This document shows positions 7,049 to 16,797 of a stretch of 64,000 nt of DNA, in pieces. Every line of letters begins with the position of its first letter. The first letter of the stretch is position 1. This DNA comes from Abditibacterium sp. GTDB lineage: Bacteria; Armatimonadota; Abditibacteriia; Abditibacteriales; Abditibacteriaceae. The DNA is taken from positions 1,216,001 through 1,280,000 of the forward strand of contig OZ251992.1 in assembly GCA_965246885.1 (NCBI GenBank). The letters are read 5' to 3'. The notes below the pieces were generated by a model, which saw nothing but the letters and a program-made list of their open reading frames with translations, searched no databases and was not told where the DNA came from. A program made the position numbers and the translations under genes.

Positions 7049-9640
7049 CTAAACCAACTCCCCTGCCCGTTCCAACGCCTCGTCAATTTTACCCGCGTCC
7101 TTGCCGCCTGCTTGGGCGAAGTCGGGGCGTCCGCCGCCGTTGCCGCCGGTGATTTGCGCCAACTGCTTGGCCAAATTCCCGGCGTGTGCGCCCTTGGCGA
7201 CGGAGGACTTGGTGGCGTTGACGATCCACACGATTTTGCCGTCGTCCTCGCTGACTAAGGCGACCATGCCGTCCAACTTTTGCGCGATTTGGCTCGACAG
7301 TTCGCGTAGAGATTCGCCCGATACGCCCTCTGGCGCGCGGCCCGCGACGAAGCGAAAACCCTTGACTTCGACGGCGCCCGCCAGCAACGTTTCGAGCGCG
7401 CCGCTTCCCAACTGGCGCTGCACGCCCGCCAACTGTCGCTCCAACTCTTTAACTCGCGCTGCGAGTTTACTCGCCGCTTGCGTCACCTGGTCGGGCTTGG
7501 CGTTCAGTTCGCGCGCGACTTCGCGCAATGCCGCCGCCGTCTGGCGCTCGTGTTCCAAGGCCGCGAAACCCGTGAGGGCTTCGATGCGGCGCACGTTCGC
7601 TGCGACGCCGCCTTCGCTCACGATGCGAAACGTGCCCGCCGCCGAAGTCGTGGGGATGTGCGTGCCGCCGCACAGTTCCAAGCTGAAGTCGCCCATCCGC
7701 ACCGTCCGCACAACGTCCCCGTACTTCTCGCCAAAAAGCGCCATCGCGCCCATCGCGCGCGCTTCGGCGAGCGTCTTTTCGGCGATTTCGACGGGGAGGG
7801 ACTTCAAGATTTCCTCGTTGACCGTCGCTTCGACGGAAGTGCGCTCGGCCTCAGTCAACGGCCCGAAATGCACGAAGTCAAAGCGCAGCGTATCGGCGGT
7901 AACGAGCGAACCTTTCTGCTGAACGTGGTCGCCCAAGTGCTGACGTAGCGCTGCGTGGAGCAAGTGCGTCGCGGAGTGCGCCCGTTCGACGGCGCGGCGG
8001 CGGTGGACATCCACGCGCGCGGACACGGTTTGCCCTTCGTTCAACTGCCCGGAGACAAGTTCGACGGTGTGAACCCACGCCTTGCCGTCCTTTTGAGTGT
8101 CCACTACGCGGGCCAGCCCTTCGCCCGCCCCAGCGAGGAGTTCGCCCGTGTCGCCGACTTGCCCGCCACTCTCGCCATAAAAGGGCGAGCGGTCGAGAAC
8201 CACCTTGTCGCCTTGAACCGCCAAAATGCGCGCGTCGCTTTCGAGAACGCCGTAGCCGACGAACTCCGTCGTCAACTCGCCGAAGCTGCGCTTGACGTAA
8301 TCCGGCCTCACGTCGGGCGCGGACTCACGCTCGTGCTGCTCGCGCGCTTCTATAAAGGAGGCGTCGTCGTAGCTCAGGCCCTGCGCTTCAAGTAAATCCG
8401 CCGTCAGTTCGGGCGGGAAGCCCTTGGACTGATACAAGTCGAAGACCTCGCGGCCCGAAATCTGGCGCTCGCCCTTGCGTTTGGCGTCCTCGATCATGTC
8501 TTCGATGCGGCCCATGCCCGAATCGAGGGTCTGCTCGAACTTCTCTTCCTCAGAGCGGATGAAGTTCGTGATGATGGCGCCGCGCTCCAGCAGTTCGGGA
8601 TAAACCTCGCCATAGGAGCGTTGGATGGTCGGGATGAGGCGGTGCAAAAACGGCTGCGTGATTCCCAAAGCGCGGCCCGACAAGTAGGCGCGGCGGATGA
8701 AGCGGCGCAGCATATAGTCGCGCCCGTTGGCGCCGGGGATGACGCCATCGCCAATCAGAAACGCCGCCGCCCGCACATGGTCGGCGATGACGCGCGCCGG
8801 TTTGGAGGTCGGGTCGTCGGGGTGCAGTTCGGGCTTGGACAGGGAAAACGGCAGTTCGCCGCCCGACTTCGCGGCGAAAATCGCGTTGACGAGCGGCGCG
8901 AACAGGTCGGTTTGGTGGATGGTGTCCACGCCTTGCAAAATGGCGGCGGTGCGCTCCAAGCCCATGCCGGTATCAATGCCGGGAGCGGGCAGATTGACCA
9001 GTTCGCCCGATTCCAGTTGGTTGTATTGCTGGAAGACGAGGTTCCAAATCTCGCCGTAGCGGTCGCCGTCGCCGCCGGGCCTGTCCATTTCCGGGTCGCC
9101 CGTGTCGTATTTCGCGCCCCGGTCGAAGAAGATTTCGCTGTCCGGCCCACACGGGCCGCTTTTGCCGACCGGCCCCCACCAGTTGTCCTTTTTGCCAAAA
9201 CGATAAATGCGCTCATCCAACAACCCCACATCGCGGCGCCAGATGTCGGGCGCCTCGGTGTCTTCATGGTAGACGCTGACCCACAGGACGGCGGGGTCAA
9301 TGCCAAGGGTCTGGGTGAGGAACTCCCAGCCCCACACTATGGCTTCGCGCTTGAAGTAGTCGCCAAAGGAGAAGTTGCCGAGCATCTCGAAGAACGAGGC
9401 GTGCCGCCACGTCACGCCGACTTGCTCGATGTCATCGGCGCGGCAGGACTTCTGGCACGAAGCGAGGCGCGTCGCGGGCGGCTTCTCCTCGCCCTTGAAA
9501 TACGGCACGAGCGGCTGCATCCCCGCGGAGGTAAGGAGAGTCGTCGGGTCAGTGGGAATCAGCGACCCCGAAGGGATGATGAGCGAGCCTTTGGATTGAA
9601 AGAACGAAAGATAGCGCGAGCGAAGGTCGTGTCCGGTCAT
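7049..9640 (-). CDS. alaS: Alanine--tRNA ligase
   Basis: FFEMLGNFSFGDYFK, IDTGMGLER, HSATHLLH, ELCGGTH and GGGRPDFAQAGG. Confidence 0.99.
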   Translation of the reverse strand: MTGHDLRSRYLSFFQSKGSLIIPSGSLIPTDPTTLLTSAGMQPLVPYFKGEEKPPATRLASCQKSCRADDIEQVGVTWRHASFFEMLGNFSFGDYFKREAIVWGWEFLTQTLGIDPAVLWVSVYHEDTEAPDIWRRDVGLLDERIYRFGKKDNWWGPVGKSGPCGPDSEIFFDRGAKYDTGDPEMDRPGGDGDRYGEIWNLVFQQYNQLESGELVNLPAPGIDTGMGLERTAAILQGVDTIHQTDLFAPLVNAIFAAKSGGELPFSLSKPELHPDDPTSKPARVIADHVRAAAFLIGDGVIPGANGRDYMLRRFIRRAYLSGRALGITQPFLHRLIPTIQRSYGEVYPELLERGAIITNFIRSEEEKFEQTLDSGMGRIEDMIEDAKRKGERQISGREVFDLYQSKGFPPELTADLLEAQGLSYDDASFIEAREQHERESAPDVRPDYVKRSFGELTTEFVGYGVLESDARILAVQGDKVVLDRSPFYGESGGQVGDTGELLAGAGEGLARVVDTQKDGKAWVHTVELVSGQLNEGQTVSARVDVHRRRAVERAHSATHLLHAALRQHLGDHVQQKGSLVTADTLRFDFVHFGPLTEAERTSVEATVNEEILKSLPVEIAEKTLAEARAMGAMALFGEKYGDVVRTVRMGDFSLELCGGTHIPTTSAAGTFRIVSEGGVAANVRRIEALTGFAALEHERQTAAALREVARELNAKPDQVTQAASKLAARVKELERQLAGVQRQLGSGALETLLAGAVEVKGFRFVAGRAPEGVSGESLRELSSQIAQKLDGMVALVSEDDGKIVWIVNATKSSVAKGAHAGNLAKQLAQITGGNGGGRPDFAQAGGKDAGKIDEALERAGELV

Positions 9641-9670
9641 GTTGGTGAGGGGGAAGTCTAACGGTGCCCT

Positions 9671-10883
9671 TTACGCGCGAATGGCGCGCAGGGCTTGACC
9701 GACGGGAAAATCTTCGTCTTCCAACAACTCCGCCAAGTCCAGTTCATGCGTTTTGGCCCAGTCTCGCGCCAGCGATTCGAGGGTTTCCTCGGCTTCCGCT
9801 CCCGCGAGCGGGCCGATGGCTTCCAAGACGCCCAACACGCCTTTGTCGGGTTCGCCATATTCGTCTTTCAACCGCGCCAACGGCAAGCGGGCCGAAAGCC
9901 TTCAAACCGCGCGTGACGAAGGTATGCGCCGAGCCGTAGCAGTAGTCCGGGTCGGGTTCGTCGTAGTCGTCGAAGGCTTCGATGAGGCGCGGCACGACCA
10001 CATCGGGTGACATCGCCAAATCGCCCAGCGCCCACAGCGCCGCGCCCTTTTGCCACTCGTCGTCGGTGCGCGATAGTTCGAGCAAGCGGCGCGCGATGCG
10101 TTCGCCCCACGTGGCGTTGCCCGCTCCGATCGTTCCCATCGCGCGAATAGCCGCGTTGCGCGACTCTTTGGCGTCCAAGGCGGCGAGCAAAACCTCGAAA
10201 ACATCGGGCGCAACTTCGGCAACGCGCGGCCCGATGGAGCGCAACACCCGAAGCGGATTGACCGCGCCTTTTCCGGGCGACAACTGAACGCGCTCGATGA
10301 GGGCGCGAATCGTGTCCGCGTCGTCCCGCGCGAGGGAAGCGAGCGCGCCCACGAACTCGAAGCGATACATCTCGGCGCGGTCGAGTGCCGCCAACAGGTC
10401 GGGCGTAAACTGCCGCGCGGCGCCGCCCAACTGCTTTAACGCCTCGTTCAGTCGCCGCTTTCTGTCTCCATCTCCACCTATCCACGCGCGCAACGCCTCC
10501 GGCGCAAGCAGCAACTCGTCGCGCAAGCAACTGAACACGATGCCCGCTTGCACTTGCCGCTTCAGAATCTGCGACCGGGTCTTTTGGGTGCCCGCGTCGT
10601 CTTGGCGGTAAAGCCCCATCCGGCGCCCTTGCGCGGCTTCGAGAAAATCGCCGAGTTGCTCAACAAACAAGCGAGTGCCAAAGTCCGGCGCCGCCAGTGT
10701 CGCGCGCACTTGCGCAGCGTAGCCCCCTTCCGTAAGGGCGTCCAACTCGTAATACAAGCGCTGGAGGTTCTTGGCCGCGCCCGCGCCCGCCTCATCGTTG
10801 GCGCCAATCAGTTGCCAGAGCCAGTTGGTCAAATCGGATTGCATGAAGTTAGAGTTTGCGACGACGCCCTCGAAAAAGGCCAA
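9671..10883 (-). pseudogene. HEAT-repeat protein with an apparent frameshift near 9886
   Basis: HEAT-like repeats RNAAIRAMGTIG and KGAALWALGDL. After ...GLKAFGPL the protein-like sequence continues in another frame (LARLKDEYGEPDKGVLGVLEAIGP...ALRAIRA*, stop at 9671), while the original frame turns Arg-rich. Confidence 0.6.
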
Positions 10884-10927
10884 ATCGCCTCAACTCCCCC
10901 TGACAAAACCGGCTTCCATAGAAAGGA

Positions 10928-11182
10928 TTAGCGGCACGCGGGCGCGGCTTCTGAGGCGACGACCTCGGTGGGCGCGTCGTCGGCCTCACCAGTTATTTTG
11001 CCGGAATAGACCTGTTCTTCCGGTGCGCTCAGGGTATCACTCATCAACGAGAATTGAAAGAGGGCGTTGGCGCCGTGCGCGTGTTCTTCCGATTCAGCTA
11101 ACGCTTTGAAGTGCGCCGTGATTTGGTCGAAGCTCGCGTTTTCGTCGGGGCCGCCGATTTTGATGGTAATGGTGTCGGGCAT
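10928..11182 (-). CDS. Small acidic hypothetical protein (84 aa)
   Basis: Good RBS (GGAGAAAGGA); ATG 3 nt after the upstream stop; protein-like composition. Confidence 0.7.
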   Translation of the reverse strand: MPDTITIKIGGPDENASFDQITAHFKALAESEEHAHGANALFQFSLMSDTLSAPEEQVYSGKITGEADDAPTEVVASEAAPACR

Positions 11183-11185
11183 CGC

Positions 11186-11821
11186 TTATTTCCTTTCTCC
11201 TATTCGACAGGCCACTCCGAAGCGCGTTGCCATTTGTTTGGAAACCAAAGCGCGCACCCTCGTTTCAGCAGACGCGCTCCAACCACCCCCGCGTTCGTAG
11301 GCGCCGAGGGCGAACTGGGCGAAGATGCCCAGTATTTTACGGGCGTTGCGCGCAGCAGTGGCTTCGAGTTCTCCTCCAATGTCGGAAGAGCGCAACTCCT
11401 CCAGTTCGTAGCGCGCGGGATCCCATCCGTCGGGTTTGTGGAGCGAGTAAGTCAAATCAGGCGCGACAACGTGCGATTGTTCGATGTTGGGGAAGCCTAA
11501 AAACGTCGCCCAGTCCCGTTCGCTATGGGCCTCGTTGAGGGAGTGCGTGTGCAAAAGGGCCACCTTCTCGTGCGCGGGCGCGTTGATGTTCACCTCATCG
11601 GGCGTGCCGACTGCGAAACTCCACAGGCGCCCGTCGCTGTGTAGAACGACAGACGCGGCCTCGTTGCTTTGGGCGTGGACAAATGGCAGCAATTGGAGCA
11701 ACGCGGCGTACTTTCCGGCTTGAAGTGCCGCCGACTCAAGGGCAATGGCGTCTCCTGTCCAAGAATGGATGGCGTCGAAGGGCGCGTTTGACACACATCC
11801 AGTTAAACCGCCTTGGCTCAC
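11186..11821 (-). CDS. Hypothetical protein with a JAB/MPN(JAMM)-like metal-binding motif
   Basis: NEAASVV...LLHTHSLNEAHSERD fits E...HxH-x6-S-xx-D, followed by the strand SHVV. Start uncertain. Confidence 0.55.
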   Translation of the reverse strand: MSQGGLTGCVSNAPFDAIHSWTGDAIALESAALQAGKYAALLQLLPFVHAQSNEAASVVLHSDGRLWSFAVGTPDEVNINAPAHEKVALLHTHSLNEAHSERDWATFLGFPNIEQSHVVAPDLTYSLHKPDGWDPARYELEELRSSDIGGELEATAARNARKILGIFAQFALGAYERGGGWSASAETRVRALVSKQMATRFGVACRIGERK

Positions 11822-11873
11822 TCACACTGTTTGAGCGCTCCTGCTTTGTGCCGAATCTCTTTAACTGCTCTTT

Positions 11874-13031
11874 GTGAATTGTTTTCGTTGGTTGGCGCTT
11901 TTGTTGGTTCTGCTTCCCGTGCCCGCGTTTGGAAAGCCTGCCGCGCCGCGCGCGGTAGTGATTGCGTCGCAAAAGCCGAGTGGGGTGGCAAAGGTGGATG
12001 CCATCCATGTCGAGTGGTATCCGGCGCAAACGGGGGAGGGGAAGAGGCCCGCCGTTATCGTGTTGCACGCGCTGGGCGGGAGCATCAATATCGCGCAAGG
12101 GTTCGCGCGGCACTTGTCGCGGCATGGGGTCAGCGCCGCCGTGATGGAGATGCCGTATCACTACCACCGCGCCTTGCGGGGGGTGTCGCCGTCGTCGCGC
12201 TTTGTGTCGCGCGATGCGAGCGTCGCGGCGCAAGCGTTCGGGCAAGCAGAGTCGGATGTTTCGACTGTGGTGACGTGGATGATCGCGCAACCAAGCGTGG
12301 ACGCGGCGCGCATCGGCGGCATCGGCGTGAGTTTGGGCGCCATCACACTGCACGCGGCGATGGGGCTGGACGCGCGCATCGGGGCAGGCGTGACGTTTGT
12401 GGGCGGCGGCGACTTCCCGCTCATCACCACGACTTCGCCCATCGCGCGGCTGATTCTCCACTCGAAGTCGTCGGTTTCCCCGCAGGAACGCGCGATTCTG
12501 GCCCCCGTTGACCCGCTTTCCCTCGCCAACCGCAACCGTCCGCGCCGCGTTTTGATGATTCAGGCCGCGCGCGACCTACTTATCGTGCCGCGCGCGTCGG
12601 AGGAGTTATGGAAGGCGCTGGACTACCCGCCGATTCGCTGGCTTGATGTCGGGCACTTCGGCCTCAACTTGGCGGTGCCCGCCGCGCAACGCGCAGCGCT
12701 GTCGTTTTTGACGGCGGCGTGGGAGGATAAGGCAGAGCATGGCGACGACGCTTCGCGCTTGCGCGCGCCCAACATCTACTCGCCCACGCTCAAAGCGGGT
12801 CTGCTAAGCGGGCTGGATTCCAGCTTAACACCCGCCATCACGCTGCAAGTGCTCTCTATTGGCAATCGCCCCGACCATCTCAGTTGGGTGCATGCCGACG
12901 TCGGGATGAGCGGGGCTGGCCCGTATGTGGGCCTCGCCGCGACGGTCACGCAGTTCTTCGACCTCGGCATCGGGCGCCGCTTGGGGGGCAAGCGGTTCCG
13001 CCCCTACGTGGGGGCACAGGTCGCATTTTAG
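11874..13031 (+). CDS. Secreted alpha/beta hydrolase with a C-terminal beta-strand-rich domain
   Basis: Signal peptide, GVSLG nucleophile elbow, ARDLLIVP Asp and VGHF His. Ends in RPYVGAQVAF. Confidence 0.8.
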   Translation: MNCFRWLALLLVLLPVPAFGKPAAPRAVVIASQKPSGVAKVDAIHVEWYPAQTGEGKRPAVIVLHALGGSINIAQGFARHLSRHGVSAAVMEMPYHYHRALRGVSPSSRFVSRDASVAAQAFGQAESDVSTVVTWMIAQPSVDAARIGGIGVSLGAITLHAAMGLDARIGAGVTFVGGGDFPLITTTSPIARLILHSKSSVSPQERAILAPVDPLSLANRNRPRRVLMIQAARDLLIVPRASEELWKALDYPPIRWLDVGHFGLNLAVPAAQRAALSFLTAAWEDKAEHGDDASRLRAPNIYSPTLKAGLLSGLDSSLTPAITLQVLSIGNRPDHLSWVHADVGMSGAGPYVGLAATVTQFFDLGIGRRLGGKRFRPYVGAQVAF

Positions 13032-13909
13032 TCTGCCGCTTCCCACGCCTTTTGCGCGATGGAGCGCATGACGAGAGATTGTTCCCATCGGTCGGAGATT
13101 TCCTTGCCGTCGAGGGTGGTAATGGCGTAGCGCGGCGGGCCGAGTTCCGACGAAAACGGCAGCACGTCGCCGGGCTGAGCGCGCTTTTTCCAACTGGCGA
13201 AGCACTCGCGCCAAAGCTCGAAGAACAGTCCGGCAGAGGTGCCTTCGGACAGGTCAGTGCCGTCGCCAACGTCCACTTGAATCTGCTCGCCGTTAGAAAT
13301 GCGCCCGTGAACGTGGGCGACGCGCTCGATGATCGGGCGCATGCGCTCAACGGCGCCTTCGCCTGCCCGGCCATAGAACTCGCCGACGACGACGAAGTGC
13401 GAAAAGTCGGCGGTGATGGCAATCTCCGGCACGGCTTCGAGCAACGTGAGTGTTTGCGGGATGGTTTCCGTGAAGTTGTTGCGGTGCGTTTCGACGAAGT
13501 AGTTCATGCCACGCTCGGCGGCGGCCCGCGCGCCCGCGCGCACGATTTCGACGACTTCGCCCAGTGGATGAAAGGCGCTCGCAGGTTGGCAGAGCACCCA
13601 TTTGGCGCCGAACTTTTCGGCGAGGCGCACGGTATCAAGGGTGCCCTCAACGCTTGTCGGGCGGTGCCCTAAGGCAAGCGTGAGGCCGTTGGCTTTGGCT
13701 TCGCGCACAGCAGTCTGCCCGCGCTCGTCGTCACCAATCCAGCACTCGATATGCGCGAAGCCCGCTTCTTGGACGAGGCGCATCTTTTCGGCGATTGTCC
13801 ACTCGACGGGCGCGTTCATCGGCAAGCGCTCTAAGTTCCAGAAGGTATGGCCGCACTGTAAGCGCGGGGCGCCTTGGGTGCCGTCATTCAAATTGGCGAA
13901 AGGTTTCAT
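13028..13909 (-). CDS. Sugar phosphate isomerase/epimerase (xylose-isomerase-like TIM barrel)
   Basis: ETHR, TADFSHFVV, HVHGRI and SELGPPRYAI motifs. Confidence 0.8.
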   Translation of the reverse strand: MKPFANLNDGTQGAPRLQCGHTFWNLERLPMNAPVEWTIAEKMRLVQEAGFAHIECWIGDDERGQTAVREAKANGLTLALGHRPTSVEGTLDTVRLAEKFGAKWVLCQPASAFHPLGEVVEIVRAGARAAAERGMNYFVETHRNNFTETIPQTLTLLEAVPEIAITADFSHFVVVGEFYGRAGEGAVERMRPIIERVAHVHGRISNGEQIQVDVGDGTDLSEGTSAGLFFELWRECFASWKKRAQPGDVLPFSSELGPPRYAITTLDGKEISDRWEQSLVMRSIAQKAWEAAD

Positions 13910-13951
13910 GCCACTTTATTTTACGCGGCCCATCGAACAGGTGCCGGAACG

Positions 13952-13990
13952 CAAGCGGCCCGCCCATTGGAAAGAAGGGCGGGCCGCTTG
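13952..13990. terminator. 14-bp stem-loop after the ABC operon
   Basis: CAAGCGGCCCGCCC-ATTGGAAAGAA-GGGCGGGCCGCTTG. Confidence 0.55.
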
Positions 13991-14002
13991 GTGGGCGTGG
14001 GT

Positions 14003-15601
14003 TTAGTAGTAGGAGCCGATGGAAGGCGCGTCTTTGGGAGATGCATCCGGCACGCCCGCTTTGCGCGAGTCCTTGATTTCCTTGAGGATGGCTTGCGGCG
14101 CCGTGAAGTTGTATTTGTCCTCGTAGAGGCGCGTTTGGCGCAGGGCGTAGAAGTCGAGCGCGTTGCGCGAGCGCGAGCGATACCAAGTCTCGTACGCGAG
14201 TTGCGCGAAGTTCTTCTCGGCTTTGGCATTGTGCCCCGCGCTGGCGGTTTTGGTGGCTTTGTCGGCGAGGGTGGCGAGGAAGTGCAAGCCCAACTCTTGC
14301 GAGCTTTGGCGCTCGTCCTCACGCAGCTTTTCGAGCTTGGCTTGAATGACGGCAGGGGCGTCGCCGCTCAGTTCGTAGATTTTGGCCATGACCGGCAGCT
14401 TTTGCAGATGATATTTTGGGTCGGCCTTCATCACGCCAGTGATGGCGTTGATGGCGCCTTGCAAATCGCCTTTGTCGGCCAATAACTGCGCGGGCAAGTA
14501 GCGCGCGGTGATGGAAACGTAAGCGCCAACGGGCTGGTCGCGGCCCGTTTGTCCGGCGATCTTTTGGCGCACGGCGTAGGCTTGGACGAGTTCCTCGACG
14601 TCGGGCACGAGTTGCTTGACCTGCGCTTTGGTGACGGCGTCAGTTTTGGGCGAGGTGTAAAGCTCGGCGATGGATTGGTAGTCGTTGCCGTAGAGTCCCC
14701 AGTAACGTCCGTTGGCATCGAGCATTTTGCGGTCGGTGGAATCGGCTTTAATGCCCATAAGGTCGCCAGCGTAATGGTCGAGCGCCTGATGGAAGCGCGG
14801 CATGCGCTCCAGCAAGTGGCCAATGGTGCGCCCCAAGACGTCGAGGCCGTTGTCCTGCTTGATGGTTTTACCGCCGGGGCCAGTGACTTCGACGGTGCGG
14901 GCATCGGACTGCTTGCGCGCCATCTTGTATAAGCTGAGTGTCTTGTCGTCGTAGAGGCCCGCTTTTTCGGCGCGCGTCCAGCCGTACTCGAACCACAAGC
15001 GGTAGGTGTCGGGGTTCATCGCGGAACCCCGGTCAAGATAGTCCACGCCGGTAGCGACAGCGTTATCTTGCGCGATGCGGATGGCTTTGTCGCCCTTGGC
15101 CTTGTAGTCGGGGTTGGAAGGGATGTCGGCGTAGATGTTATACGCCCAGTGCCAGCCCGCCGTTGACCACGCATCAATGAACTGCGGATCGAGGGTCACG
15201 ACCGCTTCCATGAGCGGGACTTGGCGAGTGAATAAACCTTGATGCCAATACTCGTCGGACTTCATCCACAACAGATTGGCGACTTGCGAGCGGAAGCCCG
15301 ACGCCAAGCCCGCCACCATCAAGCTGGACAAAACCGAGAAGTTGAGCTTGACGGAGCCGGTGCCGCTGATTCTTCCTTGAGAGTCCACTTCTTGCCCCTT
15401 CTCGGAGGAGGAATTGGCCAAGCGGTCGAGCCATTGAAGCGACTCGGCGTAGCCTTCGCGCTTGCTGGTTTCCTTGCCAGTGAAAGGGTCTTTGAGGTGC
15501 GCGTCGTTGTTGCGCATCTTGAGCAGGCCCGGTTGCGTGAGATTGTATGAGACAAGCAGCGCCCCGGCCAAGCCGAGGACGCCCCATTTGTTGAGTTGCA
15601 T
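14003..15601 (-). CDS. Membrane-anchored or exported TPR-like helical protein associated with the ABC transporter
   Basis: N-terminal hydrophobic segment; GFRSQVANLLWMKSDEYWHQG, VTLDPQFIDAW...WHWAYNI and NPDTYRLWFEYGW. RBS AGGAG. Confidence 0.7.
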   Translation of the reverse strand: MQLNKWGVLGLAGALLVSYNLTQPGLLKMRNNDAHLKDPFTGKETSKREGYAESLQWLDRLANSSSEKGQEVDSQGRISGTGSVKLNFSVLSSLMVAGLASGFRSQVANLLWMKSDEYWHQGLFTRQVPLMEAVVTLDPQFIDAWSTAGWHWAYNIYADIPSNPDYKAKGDKAIRIAQDNAVATGVDYLDRGSAMNPDTYRLWFEYGWTRAEKAGLYDDKTLSLYKMARKQSDARTVEVTGPGGKTIKQDNGLDVLGRTIGHLLERMPRFHQALDHYAGDLMGIKADSTDRKMLDANGRYWGLYGNDYQSIAELYTSPKTDAVTKAQVKQLVPDVEELVQAYAVRQKIAGQTGRDQPVGAYVSITARYLPAQLLADKGDLQGAINAITGVMKADPKYHLQKLPVMAKIYELSGDAPAVIQAKLEKLREDERQSSQELGLHFLATLADKATKTASAGHNAKAEKNFAQLAYETWYRSRSRNALDFYALRQTRLYEDKYNFTAPQAILKEIKDSRKAGVPDASPKDAPSIGSYY

Positions 15602-15616
15602 GATGCTCCTTTTTCT

Positions 15617-16726
15617 TTAGAACTCCCGGTCGCTGAACGCGAAATACGCGATGGTCAGTAGCACCGCCGCGTAGACAGCGCCAGACGAGGCGGCTTTGAG
15701 AATGTAGTTCGCCGCGACAGGTGCGTCGTTGATGAGCCGCGCGCGCACGTCGAAGCGGTCGAGTCGCGGCAAAAAGAAGTAAACGAAGTTTACTACCGCC
15801 GTCAAACCCGGCCCCAGTAGTGGCTTGGCCGCGCTCGAAGCCGCGCCCGTGCCACCCGTGAGCCGCTCCCAATACGGCGCCGATTGGCCCAAGAAGTAAA
15901 CGACGAAGGAGAGGATAATCGCCGTGATGCCCGTTGTGAACTGCGACAGAACAATGGCCAGCGCCGCCATGATGGACAGCGTGCCAAAGTGCAGCATCAG
16001 CGACTTAAGCAGGTTCCAGTCGTCGAACGCGAGGCCGCGCGGCGAAATGCCGCCGCCCGTCGGGGTCAAAGCTGCCGACAAGCCGCCCTGTTTGCTAATC
16101 ACGAACAGCGAATAGGACAGGATGAACACCGCCGCCATGAAGACGAGGTTGAACAAGAGCACCATCAGCACGCCGAGGTATTTACCGATAAGAAATTCCA
16201 AGCGAGTCACCGGCTTGGACAGAATCGTAAAGATGGTGCGCCGCTCGATTTCCGGCGGGATGGTCGCCGTGCCCAAAAATATTGCCGTGATGAGCGTCAG
16301 AATGACCGTAAAGCCCACGCCGTAGTCGAGCAGAAACTTCTTTTGCTCGCCGGGCGACATAAACGTGAACAGCGTCGAAACGCCGAGCATGACGACGGCA
16401 AAGCCAAGGAGCACCGTCACCCAGCGCCGCCGGATGGCTTCTTGAAACGTCGTGACGGCGACTGTCCATGCGGCGGGCGAGGTCAGCCAAATGAGGGCGG
16501 CGACCACACCGAAACCGGCGAAGTCGAACGGCGACAAGCGGTCGGCGAGGCCCGATTCTCCGGCGGGCGAACGATAACCGCCGAGGGCATAATAAAGTGC
16601 CACGAGCGCGACCAGTCCAAGCAGGATGAACTGCTTCGCGCGCCACGCGGCGGGAACGGCCACGCCTTCGCCCGTCGCAGTGGACGAAACGAGGGGCCGG
16701 TTAGATAAAGTGGGATTGGCAGCCAT
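15617..16726 (-). CDS. ABC-2 type transporter permease
   Basis: EIERRTIFTILSKPVTRLEFLIGKYLG; ends in FSDREF. Confidence 0.88.
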   Translation of the reverse strand: MAANPTLSNRPLVSSTATGEGVAVPAAWRAKQFILLGLVALVALYYALGGYRSPAGESGLADRLSPFDFAGFGVVAALIWLTSPAAWTVAVTTFQEAIRRRWVTVLLGFAVVMLGVSTLFTFMSPGEQKKFLLDYGVGFTVILTLITAIFLGTATIPPEIERRTIFTILSKPVTRLEFLIGKYLGVLMVLLFNLVFMAAVFILSYSLFVISKQGGLSAALTPTGGGISPRGLAFDDWNLLKSLMLHFGTLSIMAALAIVLSQFTTGITAIILSFVVYFLGQSAPYWERLTGGTGAASSAAKPLLGPGLTAVVNFVYFFLPRLDRFDVRARLINDAPVAANYILKAASSGAVYAAVLLTIAYFAFSDREF

Positions 16727-16734
16727 AGCAGAGG

Positions 16735-16792
16735 AGAGGTTAGAAGTCAGAGATTTAGAGGTTAGAAGCTGCGTGGGCGTGTTCTAACCTCT
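16735..16792. repeat. Heptamer tandem repeats (AGAGGTT/AGAAGTC) with an inverted copy forming a hairpin
   Basis: AGAGGTT AGAAGTC AGAGATT T AGAGGTT AGAAGCT, then TTCTAACCTCT, the perfect reverse complement of AGAGGTTAGAA. Confidence 0.8.
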
Positions 16793-16797
16793 GACAA

